Shown: one piece after another, positions 54,281-64,000 of the stretch
How the letters are laid out: each line of letters opens with the position of its first letter
Position numbering within the stretch: the first letter of the stretch is position 1
Origin: Burkholderiaceae bacterium
GTDB lineage: Bacteria; Pseudomonadota; Gammaproteobacteria; Burkholderiales; Burkholderiaceae_F
Reading direction: 5' to 3'
Assembly: GCA_035939615.1 (NCBI GenBank)
Contig: DASZFP010000022.1
Location: 8,912 to 72,911, forward strand
Length of the DNA: 64,000 nucleotides
Translations under genes and position numbers: made by a program
Notes under the pieces: model-generated
The model's input: the letters and a program-made list of their open reading frames with translations, nothing else
Told to the model about the DNA's origin: nothing
The model's database searches: none

Positions 54281-55327
54281 CTACTGCGCTTCGCAGGCCG
54301 CCGCCAGCCCGTCGCGCGCCGTCGGATAGCGCAGCCGCAGGCGCAACTCGTCCCGGATGCGACGGTTGCCGATGCGGCGCGACTCCAGGAAGAACGAGAA
54401 CTGCATCTCGGATACGGCCTGGCGCAGCGCCTCGCGCGGCAGGCGCGGCGCCCGCGGCAGGCCGAAGCGATCGGCCACCAGATCCAGGTACTCGCCCAGG
54501 TACAGGCAGGAATCGTCCACCGCGTTGTACAGGCGCCGCGGCGCAGCGCGGAACAGGCTCGCGATGCAGATGCGCGCGAGGTCATCGACGTGAATGTGGT
54601 TGGTCAGTACGTCTTCTGCCGCGATCGGGGCTGGACCGGCGCGCTTGAGGCGCTCGGTCGGCAGGCGGCCCGGACCGTAGATGCCCGGAACGCGCAGCAC
54701 CGACGCCTGCCACGGCGCGGCGCGCATGCGCCGCTCGGCATCCAGGCGGCGGCGCGCACGCTCGGTCATCGGGTTCGGTTGAGCCGTTTCGTCGATCCAT
54801 TGGCCCTGGCGATCCCCATAGACGCCGGTGGTGCTGATGTAGACCAGATGCGACGGTGGCTGCCGCAACGTGCGCAGCAGGCGCGCCGTGCGAGGGTCGG
54901 CCGAACCATCGGGCGGCGGCGGCACCAGGCTGATCACGCGCGAAGCCAGTCCGGCGAGTCGACCCGCCGGCATCTGATCCAGGTCGACCACGATCGGTAT
55001 CGCGCCGGCCCGGCGCAGCGCCACGCATCCCTCGGGCGACGTGGTGGTCGCGAAGATGCGGAAGCGCCGATTCAGCCGTGCGACAATTCCCAGTCCGACG
55101 CCCCCGCAGCCGACCACCAGCAGGCGTGGCTTGCCCGCCTTCGCCCTGCGGGCTACGGCGGGCGAGCCCTCCGACGCGTTTGCGCCTGGCGCTACGGCGG
55201 GCGAGCCCGCCGCAGCCTTTGAGCTTGGCACTGTGGCGGGCCTTCCGGCCGAAGCCTTCGAGCTTGGCGCTGTGGCGGGCCTGCCCGCCGAAGCCCGCAG
55301 GGCGAAGGCGGGCGTTTTCGTTTGCAT
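54281..55327 (-). CDS. NAD-dependent epimerase/dehydratase-family (SDR) protein; start codon uncertain
   Basis: LLVVGCGGVGLGI Rossmann motif and STTGVYG. The only ATG (55327) would add about 65 aa encoded entirely by the repeat element at 55133-55313. GTG 55117 is the first start codon after the repeat. Confidence 0.7.
   Translation of the reverse strand: MQTKTPAFALRASAGRPATAPSSKASAGRPATVPSSKAAAGSPAVAPGANASEGSPAVARRAKAGKPRLLVVGCGGVGLGIVARLNRRFRIFATTTSPEGCVALRRAGAIPIVVDLDQMPAGRLAGLASRVISLVPPPPDGSADPRTARLLRTLRQPPSHLVYISTTGVYGDRQGQWIDETAQPNPMTERARRRLDAERRMRAAPWQASVLRVPGIYGPGRLPTERLKRAGPAPIAAEDVLTNHIHVDDLARICIASLFRAAPRRLYNAVDDSCLYLGEYLDLVADRFGLPRAPRLPREALRQAVSEMQFSFFLESRRIGNRRIRDELRLRLRYPTARDGLAAACEAQ
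55133..55313. repeat. MITE-like element: perfect 21-bp terminal inverted repeats enclosing four ~39-bp tandem units
   Basis: The left TIR is gcccgccttcgccctgcgggc (55133-55153). The right TIR is gcccgcagggcgaaggcgggc (55293-55313) and is its exact reverse complement. Internal units start at 55151, 55188, 55227 and 55266, each with a ggcggg..cccgcc-type palindrome. Confidence 0.8.
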
Positions 55328-55338
55328 GACGGAATTCT

Positions 55339-56409
55339 ATGGCGTTCAAAGTAGCGGTCCGTCCGTCGGGCCGGGAATTCACCGCCGAGGCTACCGACAA
55401 CATCCTGGATGCGGCGCTGCGTTCCGGGGTCGGACTGCCATTCGGCTGCAAGGACGGCGCTTGCGGCTCCTGCAAGGCGAAGGTCCTGTCCGGTCAGGTG
55501 GAGCAGGGCTGGCACGCGGCGCCGGCCCTGAGCCACGAAGAGCACGCAGCCGGCATGGCCCTGCTGTGCTGCGCGCAGGCGCGCTCGGACCTCCAGATCG
55601 AAGTGCGCGAGATCGCCGGCTACGGCGAATTTCCCGCACGCAAGATGCCGTGCCGGATCACCCAGCTGGAGCGGGTCGCGCCGGATGTCGTGATCGTCAC
55701 GCTGCAGTTGCCCGCTTCGGAGCGGCTGCAGTACCGGGCCGGACAGTTCCTGGAATTCACGCTGGGCGCCGGCGCGCGCCGCTGCTATTCGATCGCCACC
55801 GCGCCCCACGCGGACGAGTCGATCAGCATCCACGTGCGCCACATGCCGGGCGGCGTGTTCACGGATGCGCTGTTCGGCGCCGCCGCCAAGCCGATCAAGG
55901 AGCGCGACATCCTGCGGGTGGAGGGGCCGCTGGGGACGTTCTTCCTGCGCGCCGGCAGCGAGCGGCCGATCGTGCTGCTGGCCAGCGGCACCGGGTTCGC
56001 GCCGATCAAGGCCATCGCCGAGACGATCTTCCACCTGCGCCTGAACCACGATGATCCGTCGCAGTCGCGGCCGGCGCGCACCGTGGTGCTGTACTGGGGG
56101 GCACGCGCGCGGCGCGATCTGTACATGAACGAGCTGCCGATGCGGTGGGCCGCCGAGCAGCCCAATTTCCGTTACGTTCCGGTGCTGTCGGACGCGCTGG
56201 CGGAAGATGCATGGACCGGACGGACCGGGTTCGTGCACCAGGCGGTGATGCAGGACCTGCCGGACCTCGCGCCGTACGACGTATACGCCTGCGGCGCGCC
56301 GGCCATGATCGAAGCCGCCCGCCGGGACTTCGCCCGCCAGTGCCGGCTGCCCGGGGACCAGTTCATGGCCGATGCGTTCACGTCCAAGGCGGATGTCGTG
56401 AAGGACTGA
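55339..56409 (+). CDS. 2Fe-2S ferredoxin / FAD / NAD(P)-binding oxidoreductase (CDP-6-deoxy-delta-3,4-glucoseen reductase-like)
   Basis: [13 protein letters not shown]...LLCC iron-sulfur motif, RCYSIA FAD motif, and [16 protein letters not shown](P) motif. Confidence 0.85.
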   Translation: MAFKVAVRPSGREFTAEATDNILDAALRSGVGLPFGCKDGACGSCKAKVLSGQVEQGWHAAPALSHEEHAAGMALLCCAQARSDLQIEVREIAGYGEFPARKMPCRITQLERVAPDVVIVTLQLPASERLQYRAGQFLEFTLGAGARRCYSIATAPHADESISIHVRHMPGGVFTDALFGAAAKPIKERDILRVEGPLGTFFLRAGSERPIVLLASGTGFAPIKAIAETIFHLRLNHDDPSQSRPARTVVLYWGARARRDLYMNELPMRWAAEQPNFRYVPVLSDALAEDAWTGRTGFVHQAVMQDLPDLAPYDVYACGAPAMIEAARRDFARQCRLPGDQFMADAFTSKADVVKD

Positions 56410-56411
56410 GA

Positions 56412-57608
56412 TTGAAGATCGGCTCCTTTGAAACCGAAGTGGTGATGGACATCGCGGCGCGGCCGCCGGTGGTGTTCGTCGAGGGCAAGGGCTCGTGGCT
56501 GATCGATCAGCGCGGCAAGCGCTACCTGGACTTCGTTCAGGGCTGGGCCGTGAACAGCCTCGGGCACTGCCCGCCGGAAATCGTCAAGACGATCGCGGCC
56601 CAGGCCAAGCGGCTGATCAGCCCGAGCGCGGCGTTCTACAACGACGCCGCCATCGGGCTGTCTGAGCGTCTGACGCGGCTGTCCGGCCTCGATCGGGTTT
56701 TCCTGGCCAGCAGCGGCGCCGAGGCCAACGAGGGAGCGATCAAGCTCGCGCGCAAGTGGGGCTCGCTGCACAAGGGCGGCGCCTGGCAGATCGTCACGTT
56801 CGCCGATGCCTTTCACGGCCGAACCCTGGCCACGATGTCCGCGTCGGGCAAGTTGGGCTGGGACCGGCTGTTCGAACCGAAGGTGCCCGGATTTCCGAAG
56901 GCGCAACTGAACGACGAGGAATCGGTGCGGCGCGCCATCGGGCCGGAAACCGTCGCCATCATGGTCGAGCCGATCCAGGGCGAGGCCGGCGTCGTGATGG
57001 CCGAGGACGGATTCCTGCGCGCGCTGCGCCGGCTGTGCGATGAGCACGGGCTGCTGCTGATTTTGGACGAGGTGCAGACCGGGATCGGTCGCACCGGGCG
57101 CCTGTTCGCCTGCGAGCACGCAGCGGTGCGGCCCGACATCATGACGCTGGGCAAGGGGCTGGGGGGCGGCGTTCCGTTGTCGGCTCTGCTGGCGAGCGAG
57201 CGGGCAACCTGCTTCGCGCACGGCGATCAGGGCGGCACCTATTGCGGCAACCCGCTGATGGCGGCGGTCGGCTCGGCCGTGATCGATCGCGTCGCGCAGC
57301 CGGCATTCCTGGAGGGCGTGCGGATGCGCGAGCAGCAGCTCGTGCGCCGCTTGAGCGAACTCGTCGCGCGCCACCGCCTGCCCGGCGAGCACGGGCGCGG
57401 GCTGCTGCGAGCGGTCGACCTGGGTCGGCCGTGCGCCGCGCAGGTGGTCGATTGCGCGCGCGAGCTCGCCCCCGAAGGGCTGCTGGTGAACGCTCCGCGT
57501 CCCCAGTTGCTTCGCTTGATGCCGGCATTGAACATCGAATCGGACGCAATCGACCGTATGGTCGAGCTGCTCGATCAGGCGCTGACCACGGTGGCGACAA
57601 AGCAGTAA
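56412..57608 (+). CDS. argD: Class-III aminotransferase, acetylornithine aminotransferase-like
   Basis: [47 protein letters not shown] and the TLGKGLGGG pyridoxal-Lys motif. The TTG 56412 start has SD aagga. ATG 56445 is an alternative. Confidence 0.8.
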   Translation: MKIGSFETEVVMDIAARPPVVFVEGKGSWLIDQRGKRYLDFVQGWAVNSLGHCPPEIVKTIAAQAKRLISPSAAFYNDAAIGLSERLTRLSGLDRVFLASSGAEANEGAIKLARKWGSLHKGGAWQIVTFADAFHGRTLATMSASGKLGWDRLFEPKVPGFPKAQLNDEESVRRAIGPETVAIMVEPIQGEAGVVMAEDGFLRALRRLCDEHGLLLILDEVQTGIGRTGRLFACEHAAVRPDIMTLGKGLGGGVPLSALLASERATCFAHGDQGGTYCGNPLMAAVGSAVIDRVAQPAFLEGVRMREQQLVRRLSELVARHRLPGEHGRGLLRAVDLGRPCAAQVVDCARELAPEGLLVNAPRPQLLRLMPALNIESDAIDRMVELLDQALTTVATKQ

Positions 57609-57800
57609 CGCACGGTAACCGTTGCGCCGCTGCTGCATTGCGATACCGCCCGCGCCTGTGCCCGGATACAACACACGCACACGATCTGTCGGCACGTGGC
57701 AGAATCGTGCCCACTCAAAACCCGACCCCACGATCGGGAGATGCGCTCAGCAAGGTCCGCAGGCGCCCGATCGGCATGCGGCCAAACAAGGAGAGACCTC

Positions 57801-59432
57801 ATGCGCAGCAACGAGAGCCTGGTCCTGGCCGCGCTCGCTACCGTTTTTCTGGCCGCTTGTGGCGGCGGCACTAACACCACACCCGTCAACACCAGCGGCA
57901 CGCAAGGGGTGCTGCTCTACAACCCGCCCGCGCGCGTCGGCTCCGTCACGGCCGCCGACTTCGCGGCTCAAGTGGGAGCAACCCCGGCGGGCGCGCAGCT
58001 GCTCCTGGTCACCGGCGCTCCGGTGTGCGGAATCGATTTTCACTACATCCAGTACTACACGGTCGGCGGTGCCAACGAACCGACCAACGCCTCGGGCGCC
58101 CTGATGGTTCCGACCGGTCCGGCCGGCACCTGCAGCGGCGCGCGGCCGATCCTGCTGTATGCACACGGGACCGCGTCCACGCGCGGCTACAACATCGCCA
58201 ATCCCAGCGATCCGACCAACGAAGGAAGCACCGAGTCGGGACTGATCGCCGCGATGTTCGCCGCGCACGGCTACATCGTGGTGGCGCCGAACTACGCGGG
58301 CTATGACAGCTCGCCGCTGCCGTACCACCCATTCGTGAACGGGGTTGCGCTGGCCGGCGACATGATCAATGCGCTCGCCGCTGCGCGCTCGGCGCTGGGC
58401 CACGTCCCGGCGGCCGCCACGCTGGACAGCGGCAAGCTCTTCATCAGCGGCTATTCGGCAGGCGGCTATGTCGCGATGGCCACGCACAAGGCGATGCAGG
58501 CGGCCCGCATGCCGGTGACCGCGGCGGCGCCGATGTCCGGGCCGTACGCGCTGTCGTCGTTCGGCGATGCGATCTTCTTCGGCAACGTGAACCTCGGCTC
58601 GACTGAATTCGCCCCGCTGATCATTTCGAGCTACCAGAACTCCTACCCGAACGACCCGCTGTACATGGCGACCACCGACATCGTCGAGACGAAGTACGCG
58701 ACCGGATTCGCCACGCTGTTGCCGGGCTTGTCGTTTTCGACGCTGGTCCAGCAGGGCAAGCTGCCGTTGACGGAGCTGTTCAACAACACGGTGCCCACGG
58801 TGACAGCGACCACCTGCAGTTCCGCGCTCGTGAGCGGGACGCTGGCCGCGATCCTTCCGGCGGTCACGCCGCCCACCGTTCCGCCGGCCGAGGCGCCGCT
58901 GTTCGCGCTGGGCTTCGGCCCCAGCAACCTGATCACGAACAGCTATCGGGTGAACTACCTGTGCGATGCGGTGGCCCACCCGGACGGCGTGGTCGGGGCG
59001 CAATTGGGCATCGGTCCCCTGACCGGCCTGCCGCCCGCTAGTCCCATGCAGCCGGTGCGCGTGGATTTGAAGCTCAACGACATGCGCAGCTGGGTACCGA
59101 TGACGGCTCCGGTCCTGCTGTGCGGCGGCAACGCCGATCCGACCGTGTTCTACTCGGTCAATACCGGGGTCATGCAGGCCTTCTGGACCCCGCAACTGGC
59201 GGCGCCGCAACTCCTGACGGTGCTCGACGTCGACTCGGCGCCGACCGGGGTCACCGACCCGTTCGCGGCGGCGAAGGTCGGGTTCGCGACGGCCAAGGGC
59301 GCCGTCGCGGCCGCCGCCGTGGCGGCCGGCGCGAAAGACGGGGGCGCCCAGGCCGTGACGCTGGCCTATCACGGCACGCTGGTGCCGCCGTTCTGCTCGG
59401 CCGCCGCGCGTGGCTTTTTCAGCCAATTCTGA
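57801..59432 (+). CDS. Lipoprotein alpha/beta-hydrolase (secretory-lipase-like)
   Basis: SD aaggagag. Lipobox FLAAC. GYSAGG nucleophile elbow. Confidence 0.75.
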   Translation: MRSNESLVLAALATVFLAACGGGTNTTPVNTSGTQGVLLYNPPARVGSVTAADFAAQVGATPAGAQLLLVTGAPVCGIDFHYIQYYTVGGANEPTNASGALMVPTGPAGTCSGARPILLYAHGTASTRGYNIANPSDPTNEGSTESGLIAAMFAAHGYIVVAPNYAGYDSSPLPYHPFVNGVALAGDMINALAAARSALGHVPAAATLDSGKLFISGYSAGGYVAMATHKAMQAARMPVTAAAPMSGPYALSSFGDAIFFGNVNLGSTEFAPLIISSYQNSYPNDPLYMATTDIVETKYATGFATLLPGLSFSTLVQQGKLPLTELFNNTVPTVTATTCSSALVSGTLAAILPAVTPPTVPPAEAPLFALGFGPSNLITNSYRVNYLCDAVAHPDGVVGAQLGIGPLTGLPPASPMQPVRVDLKLNDMRSWVPMTAPVLLCGGNADPTVFYSVNTGVMQAFWTPQLAAPQLLTVLDVDSAPTGVTDPFAAAKVGFATAKGAVAAAAVAAGAKDGGAQAVTLAYHGTLVPPFCSAAARGFFSQF

Positions 59433-59449
59433 GGGGGAGAGGTCCGATC

Positions 59450-60145
59450 ATGAAAACCACAACAACGATCGCCTCGCTCGGTTCGGCGCTGGCCTTTTTC
59501 GCGTGCCCGGGGACTGCGTCGGCCCAATACAGCAACGACGTGCGCGTCGGTATTTACGCGGTCTTCTACCATACGGCAGCCGATGACGTGAAAGGTCCTT
59601 TCGTGCCACCGGGCGTGACCGCGGACGTGGGCAACCTGGTGACGGAGTACCTGGCCTATATACGCCGCCTGAGCCCGCATCTGGTGGTGGAGCTCGCAGC
59701 GGGGGTGCCGCCCAAAAGCGATACGATCGGCAAGGGGCCGGCCAAGCTCGGCTCGGTGCCGTGGAACGGGCAGACGGTCGGGACCGTGAAGTGGCTTTCG
59801 CCCACCGTGCTGCTCGAGTACATGTTCTGCGAGGAATCGGCGCGGTTGCGGCCTTTCGTAGGGGTCGGCATCAATTGGACCCACTTCTTCAACCGCGACA
59901 TCAACGCGAACGGCGACGCGGCGCTCGGGGGCCCGACCTCGGTCTCGCTGAAAAACTCGATCGGCCCAGCCGCGACCATGGGACTGCGTTACCAGGTGCT
60001 GGACCACTGGCATTTGACTGCGTCATTTTCGGCCGCTCAAGTCGAGACCAAGCTGGTGGCCCACACGGCCGGCCTGACCCGCACCAGCGACCGGGTCAAT
60101 TTCAATCCGCAGACGATCGTGGCCTCGGTCGGCTATTCGTTCTGA
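59450..60145 (+). CDS. ompW: OmpW-family outer-membrane protein
   Basis: SD gggggagagg. Signal peptide ending ASA. PFVGVGINWTHFF and the C-terminal aromatic ...SVGYSF. Confidence 0.85.
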   Translation: MKTTTTIASLGSALAFFACPGTASAQYSNDVRVGIYAVFYHTAADDVKGPFVPPGVTADVGNLVTEYLAYIRRLSPHLVVELAAGVPPKSDTIGKGPAKLGSVPWNGQTVGTVKWLSPTVLLEYMFCEESARLRPFVGVGINWTHFFNRDINANGDAALGGPTSVSLKNSIGPAATMGLRYQVLDHWHLTASFSAAQVETKLVAHTAGLTRTSDRVNFNPQTIVASVGYSF

Positions 60146-60163
60146 CAGCGGCCTGGGGTGCGT

Positions 60164-60876
<713 letters not shown>

Positions 60877-60880
<4 letters not shown>

Positions 60881-61674
60881 GCGGAATCCTGCCGCGACGG
60901 CACCGTGCGGTGGGCCGGTCCCAGGTACGCCTCGATCACGGCCGGATCGCGCTGCACCTGGGCGGGCGAGCCCACCGCGATCACCTTTCCGTAGTCGAGC
61001 ACGGTCACGCAATCGCACAGGCCCATCACCAGCTTCACGTCGTGCTCGATCAGCAGGATCGTGACGCCGCGCGCCCGGATCCGCGTCAGCAGTTCCAGCA
61101 GCGCCGTCTTTTCGGTCGCATTCATTCCGGCGGCGGGTTCGTCCAGCGCCAGCAGGCGCGGCTCGGTGGCCAGCGCGCGCGCGATTTCCAGGCGCCTTTG
61201 GTCCCCGTACGGCAGCGTGCGCGCCAGGTAGTACGCGTAGCGCCCGATGCCGATATCGTCGATCAGTTCGCGGGCGCGCGTGCGGATCGCGGCTTCCTCG
61301 ACGCGGGCGCGCCGCGTGCGCAGCACGGCGTCCAGCGCGTTGGCGCGCGTGCGCGCGTGGCGCCCGACCATCACGTTCTCCAGCGCGGTCATGTCCGGAA
61401 ACAGACGGATGTTCTGGAAGGTACGCGCGATGCCGGCGATGGCGACCCGATGCGCGTCGGTCGGCCAGTACGGCGTGCCGCACAGCTCGAACGTCCCCGA
61501 ATCGGGCCTGGCCAGCCCGGTGAGCACGTTGAAAAAGGTGGTCTTGCCGGCGCCGTTGGGGCCGATCAGACCGTAGATCTGGCCTTGTTCGATCCGGATC
61601 TGCACGTCGCACAACGCCTGCAGGCCGCCGAAGCGCTTGTTGACGGCGTTTGCCACCAGCACGCACTCAGCCAT
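60877..61674 (-). CDS. livG: Branched-chain amino-acid ABC transporter ATP-binding protein LivG
   Basis: GPNGAGKTTFFN, YGDQRRLEIARAL, LLALDEPAAGMN. Confidence 0.9.
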
Positions 61675-62857
61675 GGCGCGACACCGTCTGGGCCCCTTCC
61701 GGGGTGGCGGCCGCGGCGCGGCCCGGCGCGGGGTGCAGGCCGTGTTCCGGCGCCGGCCACAGTCCCCTGGGCCGGTACAGCATGATGCCCACGGTCGCCG
61801 TTCCATACAGCAGCATCCGCAGCACCTCGGCGTCGATCAGCACGCGCCCGAACACGGCGAGCTGCAGCGGCACCGCCGTGTGCCGCAACGCTTCCGGCAG
61901 CATCGCCAGCATCACGGCGCCCAGCACGACGCCCGGAACGTGCCCGAGCCCGCCCAGAACGATCATCGACAGCACGATGATCGACTCGTTCAGCGAAAAC
62001 GACTCGGGCGAAACGAACCCCTGGAACGCCGCGAAAATGCCTCCCGCGACGCCGCCGAACGTGGCCCCCAGGGAAAAGGCGAGCAGCTTGACGTTGCGAA
62101 CATTGATCCCCATTGCGCGCGCGGCGACCTCGTCCTCGCGGATCGCCATCCAGGCGCGGCCCAGCCGCGAATCCTGCAGCCGCACGCAAACCAGGATCGA
62201 CAGCAGCGCCAGTCCCACCAGCAGGTAGTAGTAGAGCATCAGGGAGGACGGCCGCACCCCGAGCACCGGGGCCGGATGGGCCAGGTCGAAGCTGCCGATC
62301 CGGACCGGGTCGATCAGCGTGATGCCCGACGGGCCGTTGGTGAAATTCAGCGGCGCGTTCAGATTGTTCAGGAAAATGCGGATGATCTCGCCGAACCCGA
62401 GCGTGACGATCGCCAGGTAATCGCCCCGCAGCTTCAGCACCGGAGCGCCCAGCAGGATGCCGAAGGCAGCCGCCAGCGAGGCCCCGATCGGCAGCGCGAC
62501 CCAGATCGGCACGTGCAGCCCGGACGGAAAGGCGGCCGCGAGCGCGGGAAAATGCTCGGTCAGGTGGGGCGAGGCGAGCAGGGCGTAGGTATAGGCGCCG
62601 ACCGCATAGAAGGCGATATAGCCCAGATCGAGCAGGCCGGCGAAACCGACCACGATGTTCAGCCCGAGCGCCAGCATCACGTACAGCGTCACGAAGCACA
62701 GCGCGCGGATCCAGGCGTCTCCGAAGGCGCCGGCCACCCACGGCAGCACGACCAGCGTCGCCCCCACCGCAGCCATCGCGCCGATCACCCGCGCAGGCAT
62801 CGGCCCACCCGCGGGAGGCGGGCCCTTCGCAGGTTCGGCGGCCGCCGCCTCGCTCAT
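61667..62857 (-). CDS. livM: Branched-chain amino-acid ABC transporter permease LivM
   Basis: Polytopic protein. LNIVVGFAGLLDLGYIAFYAVGAY and RAWMAIREDEVAARAMGIN motifs. Start at ATG 62857. Confidence 0.9.
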   Translation of the reverse strand: MSEAAAAEPAKGPPPAGGPMPARVIGAMAAVGATLVVLPWVAGAFGDAWIRALCFVTLYVMLALGLNIVVGFAGLLDLGYIAFYAVGAYTYALLASPHLTEHFPALAAAFPSGLHVPIWVALPIGASLAAAFGILLGAPVLKLRGDYLAIVTLGFGEIIRIFLNNLNAPLNFTNGPSGITLIDPVRIGSFDLAHPAPVLGVRPSSLMLYYYLLVGLALLSILVCVRLQDSRLGRAWMAIREDEVAARAMGINVRNVKLLAFSLGATFGGVAGGIFAAFQGFVSPESFSLNESIIVLSMIVLGGLGHVPGVVLGAVMLAMLPEALRHTAVPLQLAVFGRVLIDAEVLRMLLYGTATVGIMLYRPRGLWPAPEHGLHPAPGRAAAATPEGAQTVSRHG

Positions 62858-62865
62858 GCCGCGCC

Positions 62866-63795
62866 TTAAGCTCGGTCGGCGACGCGTTCGCCCAGCAGGC
62901 CGGAAGGCCGCAGGATCAGCACCGCGCACAGCACGATGAAGGCGAACACGTCCTGGTAGTTGCTGCCGAAAATGCCGTTGGTCAGCTGCCCGATATAGCC
63001 GGCGCCCAGCGCCTCGATCAGACCGAGCAGCACGCCGCCCACCATCGCGCCGGCAATGTTGCCGATGCCGCCCAGCACAGCGGCGGTGAAGGCCTTCAGG
63101 CCCGGAATGAAGCCCATGTAGAAGTGGGCCACCTGGTAAGTCGACTCGATCATCACGCCGGCCACCGCCGCCAGACCGGCGCCGATCGCGAATGTCATCG
63201 CGATCACCGAATCGGGATTGACTCCCATCAGGCTGGCCACGCGCGGGTTTTCCGCGGTGGCGCGCATGGCGCGGCCCAGCCTCGTCGATTGCACCAGCCA
63301 CAGCAGCGAGCCCATGATCAGCGCGGCCAGCACGATCACGACCACCTTGGTCACCGTGATCGTGGCGTTGCCGATATGAATCGGGGCCCCCGGCAGCAAC
63401 TGGGGAAACGTCAGGTAGTTGCGGCCCCAGATCAGCATGGCCATCGTTTGGATCAGGATCGACACGCCGATCGCGGTGATCAGCGGGGCCAGGCGCGGAG
63501 CGTTGCGCAGCGGCCGGTAAGCGACGCGCTCGATCACCAGGCTCAGCGCCACGCACACCGGAATGGCCGCGCAGATGCCGAGCACCATCAGCAGCCACCC
63601 GGGCAGGCCCGGCCAGGCACCGTGCAGCATGCCGATCGCGCTCAGCGCGGCCAACGCGCCGATCATCAGCACGTCGCCGTGCGCGAAGTTGATCAGGTTC
63701 AGCACGCCGTACACCATCGTGTAGCCGAGCGCGATCAGCGCATACAGGCTGCCCAGCACCAGGCCGTTGATGACCTGCTGTAGCAACGTATCCAT
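62866..63795 (-). CDS. livH: Branched-chain amino-acid ABC transporter permease LivH
   Basis: LLQQVINGLVLGSLYALIALGYTMVYGVLNLINFAHGD is the canonical LivH N-terminus. Confidence 0.92.
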   Translation of the reverse strand: MDTLLQQVINGLVLGSLYALIALGYTMVYGVLNLINFAHGDVLMIGALAALSAIGMLHGAWPGLPGWLLMVLGICAAIPVCVALSLVIERVAYRPLRNAPRLAPLITAIGVSILIQTMAMLIWGRNYLTFPQLLPGAPIHIGNATITVTKVVVIVLAALIMGSLLWLVQSTRLGRAMRATAENPRVASLMGVNPDSVIAMTFAIGAGLAAVAGVMIESTYQVAHFYMGFIPGLKAFTAAVLGGIGNIAGAMVGGVLLGLIEALGAGYIGQLTNGIFGSNYQDVFAFIVLCAVLILRPSGLLGERVADRA

Positions 63796-63910
63796 CGATG
63801 ACTCCCCCGGGGCGCTATTTCAGTTGTTATGGCCCCACCCCGACACTCGCGCGCCGGATGCTATCAAGACTCGAGGCACATTGTGGGCGGCAATTCGAAA
63901 CAGGAAGGAA

Positions 63911-63927
63911 GACCGCGCGGTGCGGTC
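63911..63927 (-). terminator. Small hairpin plus T-rich tract after the upstream (partial) gene; possible attenuating terminator before livH
   Basis: On the minus strand, gaccgc-accgc-gcggtc is followed by ttccttcctgttt. Confidence 0.35.
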
Positions 63928-64000
63928 TAGTGGAAGCTCGCCAGCAGGTTCAGCTTGGAGTCCTGCACGGTGTACACGGAGATCTCGCCGTTTTTCAGGT
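63927..64000 (-). CDS. 3' end of a gene running out of the window, probably the liv substrate-binding protein
   Basis: The open frame ends ...LKNGEISVYTVQDSKLNLLASFH-TAG. Its position upstream of livHMGF suggests a LivJ/K-type binding protein. Only 24 codons are visible. Confidence 0.4.
   Translation of the reverse strand, partial: LKNGEISVYTVQDSKLNLLASFH

Noticed and set aside
55151-55304. Regularly spaced ~39-bp repeats that could be mistaken for a CRISPR array
   Set aside because: The units are contiguous with no intervening unique spacers. They are degenerate, lie inside inverted termini, and no cas genes are present.

Overview
The window is a visibly high-G+C (not computed) chromosomal segment whose gene content looks like a Burkholderiales-type proteobacterium; that taxonomic guess is an inference. 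I can support about 55 protein-coding genes. I found no rRNA, tRNA, CRISPR array, transposase, integrase or prophage block. Main content, in order: (1) two tandem paralogues of a TolB_N-TPR regulator with a C-terminal sigma4-like HTH; (2) three RND efflux systems, two with an unusual pump-first gene order; (3) an MCP; (4) a phosphate-themed set comprising a PiT transporter with a Pho-box-like site, two phosphoesterases, a PAP2 phosphatase and an EXORDIUM/PHI-1-like protein; (5) two hybrid histidine-kinase modules with atypical receivers; (6) dps, panE, tag, cdd and argD-like housekeeping genes; (7) a lower-GC islet encoding a GloVer-repeat secreted protein; (8) the livHMGF ABC operon. Several families of GC-rich palindromic REP/MITE-like repeats are scattered between genes, and in three places run into reading frames. 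No canonical defence or mobile system is present. The best candidates for something undescribed are a PycTM/DUF5706-like membrane protein translationally coupled to an N-terminally extended cytidine deaminase (6248-7356), the PHI-1-like/PAP2 overlapping pair (34265-35775), and a 181-bp element with perfect 21-bp terminal inverted repeats and in-frame 39-bp tandem units (55133-55313). All functional calls rest on motif reading by eye, with no database search.
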